A DNA stretch of 11,846 nt, from positions 1 to 11,846 of the forward strand of contig CBFIGT010000068.1 of NCBI GenBank assembly GCA_965662175.1. The letters run 5' to 3'. Positions 9,045 to 11,846 of this stretch are shown piece by piece. This stretch comes from Arcobacter sp. (GTDB lineage: Bacteria > Campylobacterota > Campylobacteria > Campylobacterales > Arcobacteraceae). Position 1 is the first letter of the stretch, and every line of letters begins with the position of its first letter. The notes under the pieces are model-generated. The model made no database searches. It saw only the letters and a list, made by a program, of their open reading frames with translations, and was not told the origin of the DNA. The translations under genes were made by a program, and so were the position numbers.

Positions 9045-9357
9045 GTTTAATCCTTAAAACGAATAATTAGCATATTAGTATCATAATATGAGCCGATTAA
9101 AGCTTATAATCGTTTCATTTTAAATTAAGATGGAGTAGTAATAAAAAAACACTGTTTCAAATATCTCAAAATATAGTGTTATTGATAGTAGAGCTGTAAA
9201 AAAGTGTGCAATATGACTAACAAAAACACTAGATATTGACAACTAAAATTTAAAAGTTTGATTTGTAAATGTTGAAGATGTTAAAAGAAATATCATAGAC
9301 AGTAATTACTATTTCTTAATATTAAATTTTATTGAAAATTTGATAAACCCACAATAA

Positions 9358-9411
9358 TGGTGCGGATAACTGGATTTGAACCAGCACGAGTCTCCTCATG
9401 AGCCCCTCAAG
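9358..9411 (-). tRNA. 3' half of tRNA-Leu(GAG); att-site fragment, not a complete gene
   Basis: Minus strand: C-TTGAGGG (anticodon loop)-GCTCA-T-GAG GAGA CTC (variable arm)-GT-GCTGG TTCAAAT CCAGT (T arm)-TATCCGC-A-CCA. The 5' anticodon strand, D arm and 5' acceptor strand are absent. Confidence 0.9.
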
Positions 9412-9449
9412 GTGGAATGCCATCCCATAAAATGGTACTTTGCAAGCCA

Positions 9450-9470
9450 ACCGAGAAAACACCGAGAAAA
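9450..9470 (+). repeat. Tandem 10-bp direct repeat, candidate integrase arm-type sites
   Basis: ACCGAGAAAA at 9450-9459 and 9461-9470 (11-bp period), between the att core and the integrase stop. Confidence 0.7.
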
Positions 9471-9486
9471 GAAACTTAGATGAATC

Positions 9487-10635
9487 TTAAGCCATTTCTA
9501 TCAGCGCATTAAACACGCTAGCTTTGTTTTTCGCTTTTTCTTGCTTGTGTTTATCTCCTAGACAATCTAGATTGTAATGCTCATCTATTATTCTAGAACC
9601 TTTAGCATGACCAACAACTTCTTGAATATCTTCTAATGAAATTTTATCAGATTGTCTCATCATACTTACATAAGTTCTTCTCATAGCATATAATGTTTTA
9701 TATTCAATTCCAATTTCTTCAAGAAATGGCTTAAAATGATAATCTGTAATAGTTTTAGATTCTTTAAATGGCTTCCCATCCTTTGAGATGAAAAGCCACT
9801 CTTTAGACATTCTAAACATTTCAAATCTCTTTAGTAAATCAACTGTTTCTGGAAATAAGTAAATCTCTCTCAAGTGATTTTTGTTTTGATGTATTACTTC
9901 ATTTGATTCTGTAATAACACCTTTTGAAATACTTCTTTGGATTTTAAAGAAACCTCTTTGTAAATTAAAGTCATCCCACTTTAATCCCATAGCTTCACCA
10001 GTTCTTAGTCCATATTTAATAGATAGTTCAAGAAATACTTTTAACCAGCCTTCTGATCTATCAAGCATTTCTTTTACTTCTGATACGGCATAAGCTTGAG
10101 TTGTTTTAATAGTCTTTTTAAATTGATGTTTTTGCACAGCTCTAGCTCTAACAATATTCTTTTTCATTAGTTCTTCATCGTGAGCAGTTTCTAAAATATT
10201 ACATAAAATATTTTTAGTTCTTTTTGCTCTATCGTATGAATACCTTTTTGAAATAGAATTAAAAAACTCTAGTAAATCTAAAGCTGTAATATCTCCTATC
10301 TCAAAATTTTTAAAATAGGGTGCAATAACTTTATCTAATATTCTTTCATACTCTTTCTGAGTTTGAATACCTCTATTATAAGAATCACTTCTCAAAACCC
10401 TTAGTCCAAAATCTCTAAAACTAATAGTATTAAGAGATTCATCTTTTATATTTAAAATATTTAAAAGAACTTCCATAGGATCTTGCTTCTCCATCCACTT
10501 TTTAGTTAATGGAGTTGCTTTTTTACCTAGGCTTTTTTTATAATGCTTACCGTTAATAGTTCCTTGAACATAGATAGTTTTTGTATCTTTTCTAACATAA
10601 AAAGAACCATCAGAGCAAGCCAATTGTTTAAACAT
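9487..10635 (-). CDS. int: Tyrosine recombinase/integrase
   Basis: YGLRTGEAMGLKWDD (R), LYAMRRTY (YxxR variant of HxxR), VGH, HY (nucleophile). N-terminal beta-rich arm-binding-like segment. AAGGAG RBS. Confidence 0.95.
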   Translation of the reverse strand: MFKQLACSDGSFYVRKDTKTIYVQGTINGKHYKKSLGKKATPLTKKWMEKQDPMEVLLNILNIKDESLNTISFRDFGLRVLRSDSYNRGIQTQKEYERILDKVIAPYFKNFEIGDITALDLLEFFNSISKRYSYDRAKRTKNILCNILETAHDEELMKKNIVRARAVQKHQFKKTIKTTQAYAVSEVKEMLDRSEGWLKVFLELSIKYGLRTGEAMGLKWDDFNLQRGFFKIQRSISKGVITESNEVIHQNKNHLREIYLFPETVDLLKRFEMFRMSKEWLFISKDGKPFKESKTITDYHFKPFLEEIGIEYKTLYAMRRTYVSMMRQSDKISLEDIQEVVGHAKGSRIIDEHYNLDCLGDKHKQEKAKNKASVFNALIEMA

Positions 10636-10638
10636 CTA

Positions 10639-10896
10639 CTACTCCTTATTGAGCTTTAAAAGCTGTAAAGCAGTAGCCTTTGAGATGTAGATTTTACCAT
10701 TTTCTTTCCAAAAATCAACTTCTAATTCAAAGTTATTTATTAAGTTCATTCTAATCGCTTGTCTTGATAGTCCTGTTCTCTCCTTTACAAAAGAAAGTGC
10801 AACTTTATCAGGAAATAGACTTTTTAATATTGCTCTTTGTTCTAAAAGTAAATTTTTGATTTCTATATATTCAGAAGTAGTAATATGATTCATCAT
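10639..10896 (-). CDS. Small winged-HTH DNA-binding protein, candidate excisionase/RDF
   Basis: 85 aa; LSFVKERTGLSRQAIR (HTH-like) and WKENGKIYI (wing-like). AAGGAG RBS; directly upstream of int. Confidence 0.65.
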   Translation of the reverse strand: MMNHITTSEYIEIKNLLLEQRAILKSLFPDKVALSFVKERTGLSRQAIRMNLINNFELEVDFWKENGKIYISKATALQLLKLNKE

Positions 10897-11279
10897 GCTA
10901 TCACTCCTTCAATTATTGGCTCATAGGTTTTTGTTTTAACTTCAATGAAATTACCTGATTCATGCTGTTTTTCATAAGATGTTTTGTTTATAAAATTCAA
11001 TTTATAAAGTTCATAATGTAATATTATTTCTAAAATAATAGTATCTTGAAATAATTCATTTTTATTTTTAATTTTATAATCAATCGGCAACACAATATAG
11101 TTGATTTTTATACCATTAAAATTAAAGATGTAATCTAAATTTAGGTTAATAATTTTTACTTCATCTGTAAAAACTACAATTTCTTTATAATCAAAATTTT
11201 CAATTTCTTTTAGTATTAGTTCAGAACATACTCGTAATTTATGATAAGAGTTTTCATCTATTTTATTTATGTAGATCAT
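10893..11279 (-). CDS. Hypothetical protein (128 aa)
   Basis: GAGGA RBS before ATG 11279 (track starts at 11327). ATGA overlap with the Xis-like gene. No recognisable motif. Confidence 0.65.
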   Translation of the reverse strand: MIYINKIDENSYHKLRVCSELILKEIENFDYKEIVVFTDEVKIINLNLDYIFNFNGIKINYIVLPIDYKIKNKNELFQDTIILEIILHYELYKLNFINKTSYEKQHESGNFIEVKTKTYEPIIEGVIA

Positions 11280-11346
11280 TTTGTATCCTCGTATAATTTT
11301 CATATGAATACATAATCTAGTTTTCAACTAAATAATATATTCTGTT

Positions 11347-11373
11347 AAGATTGAAGTACTAACTTCAAATCTT
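11347..11373. repeat. Hairpin or inverted repeat (terminator or operator)
   Basis: AAGA-TTGAAGT-acta-ACTTCAA-a-TCTT followed by TAATTTTTT. Confidence 0.55.
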
Positions 11374-11412
11374 TAATTTTTTACAGTTTATGACTTTTGA
11401 TAAAACAACATT

Positions 11413-11610
11413 TTTATCCTTGTAGATGTAAATTTATTACATACTTCATCAAGTAAAGCCAGTTGATATCTTTAGTTGTTAATCACTTATTTAAAAGCTG
11501 TAAGGGTAGCTGTTAGCACCTATTACATATAGATTAACGAGGCTGTGAATTCTAAAATTATTTATCTTTTGGTAAATGATTTTAGACAACTAAAGATTAC
11601 ATAAAGGATG
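11413..11610 (+). ncRNA. Candidate IS110 bridge/seek RNA
   Basis: Nested stems found by eye: 11468-11478/11587-11597 (11 bp perfect), 11479-11484/11532-11537, 11499-11503/11523-11527, hairpin 11551-11586 (16 bp with 2 G-U), 11448-11452/11463-11467, 11416-11421/11604-11609. Position matches the left-end ncRNA of IS110-group elements. Confidence 0.6.
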
Positions 11611-11616
11611 AAACAG

Positions 11617-11846
11617 ATGAATTATGTAGGTATTGACATAGCAAAAACTTTTCACGTTGTAACCATCATTGATGAGAATGAAGTTAAAGTTTTTAAAAAA
11701 GCATTTAGAGTTGAGAATGATATAGATGGGTATATTAGTTTTATTGAAAAACTAGATACAGTTTCATCAGATAAAACAAACTTCCTTATAGGTCTTGAAG
11801 CTACAGGCGTATACGGTGAAAATCTTTTAGAATTTTTGATGTCAAA
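11617..11846 (+). CDS. IS110-family DEDD (RuvC-like) recombinase/transposase, N-terminus (3'-truncated by window)
   Basis: Not in ORF track. AAGGA RBS, then MNYVGIDIAKTFHVVTIID...LIGLEATGVYGENLLEFLMS with the GID and EATG motifs. Confidence 0.93.
   Translation, partial: MNYVGIDIAKTFHVVTIIDENEVKVFKKAFRVENDIDGYISFIEKLDTVSSDKTNFLIGLEATGVYGENLLEFLMS

Larger units (their letters stand above)
9358..11846. mobile_element. End of a tRNA-Leu(GAG)-targeting integrative element or prophage, continuing beyond the window
   Basis: tRNA 3' fragment, direct repeats, and adjacent tyrosine integrase with an Xis-like gene transcribed toward the att site. Confidence 0.85.
11394..11846 (+). mobile_element. IS110-family insertion sequence, left end (boundary approximate)
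   Basis: DEDD recombinase start preceded by a long structured non-coding end. Boundary guessed from CT-tt-TGaTAAAAC, by analogy to the IS621 core followed by a -10 box. Confidence 0.75.

Noticed and set aside
9130..9144. ATG GAG TAG TAA TAA minigene
   Set aside because: Two codons with no SD; likely chance.
9358..9445. Complete or intron-containing tRNA-Leu
   Set aside because: No D arm or 5' acceptor strand. The break is 5' of the anticodon loop, and only ~75 bp separate it from the integrase stop, which fits an att site rather than a group I intron.
9450..9470. CRISPR-like repeat
   Set aside because: Only two 10-bp units with a 1-nt gap, no spacers and no cas genes.

Overview
AT-rich bacterial DNA, probably Campylobacterota (Arcobacteraceae-like), inferred from HQWRQPL kinase H-boxes, AAGGA ribosome-binding sites and gnTAnAAT -10 boxes. 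The left ~9 kb looks like host backbone. It holds the 3' end of a CorA-family transporter, a short MscS channel, a minus-strand four-gene operon (RimB-like aspartyl protease, rimK, M14 ASPA/AstE-type hydrolase, M42-like peptidase), a YrbG Ca2+/Na+ antiporter, two histidine kinases and a single-domain response regulator. At 9358-9411 is the 3' half of a tRNA-Leu(GAG), broken at the anticodon arm. This marks the att boundary of an integrative element extending to the right, with arm-like direct repeats, a tyrosine integrase, an Xis-like HTH gene and a hypothetical gene. The window ends inside an IS110-family recombinase missed by the ORF track. Upstream of it is a ~200-nt highly structured non-coding end, a candidate bridge RNA. 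Other points of interest are a probable non-canonical start for the RimB-like gene and a palindrome-rich spacer containing an amber-interrupted mini-ORF.
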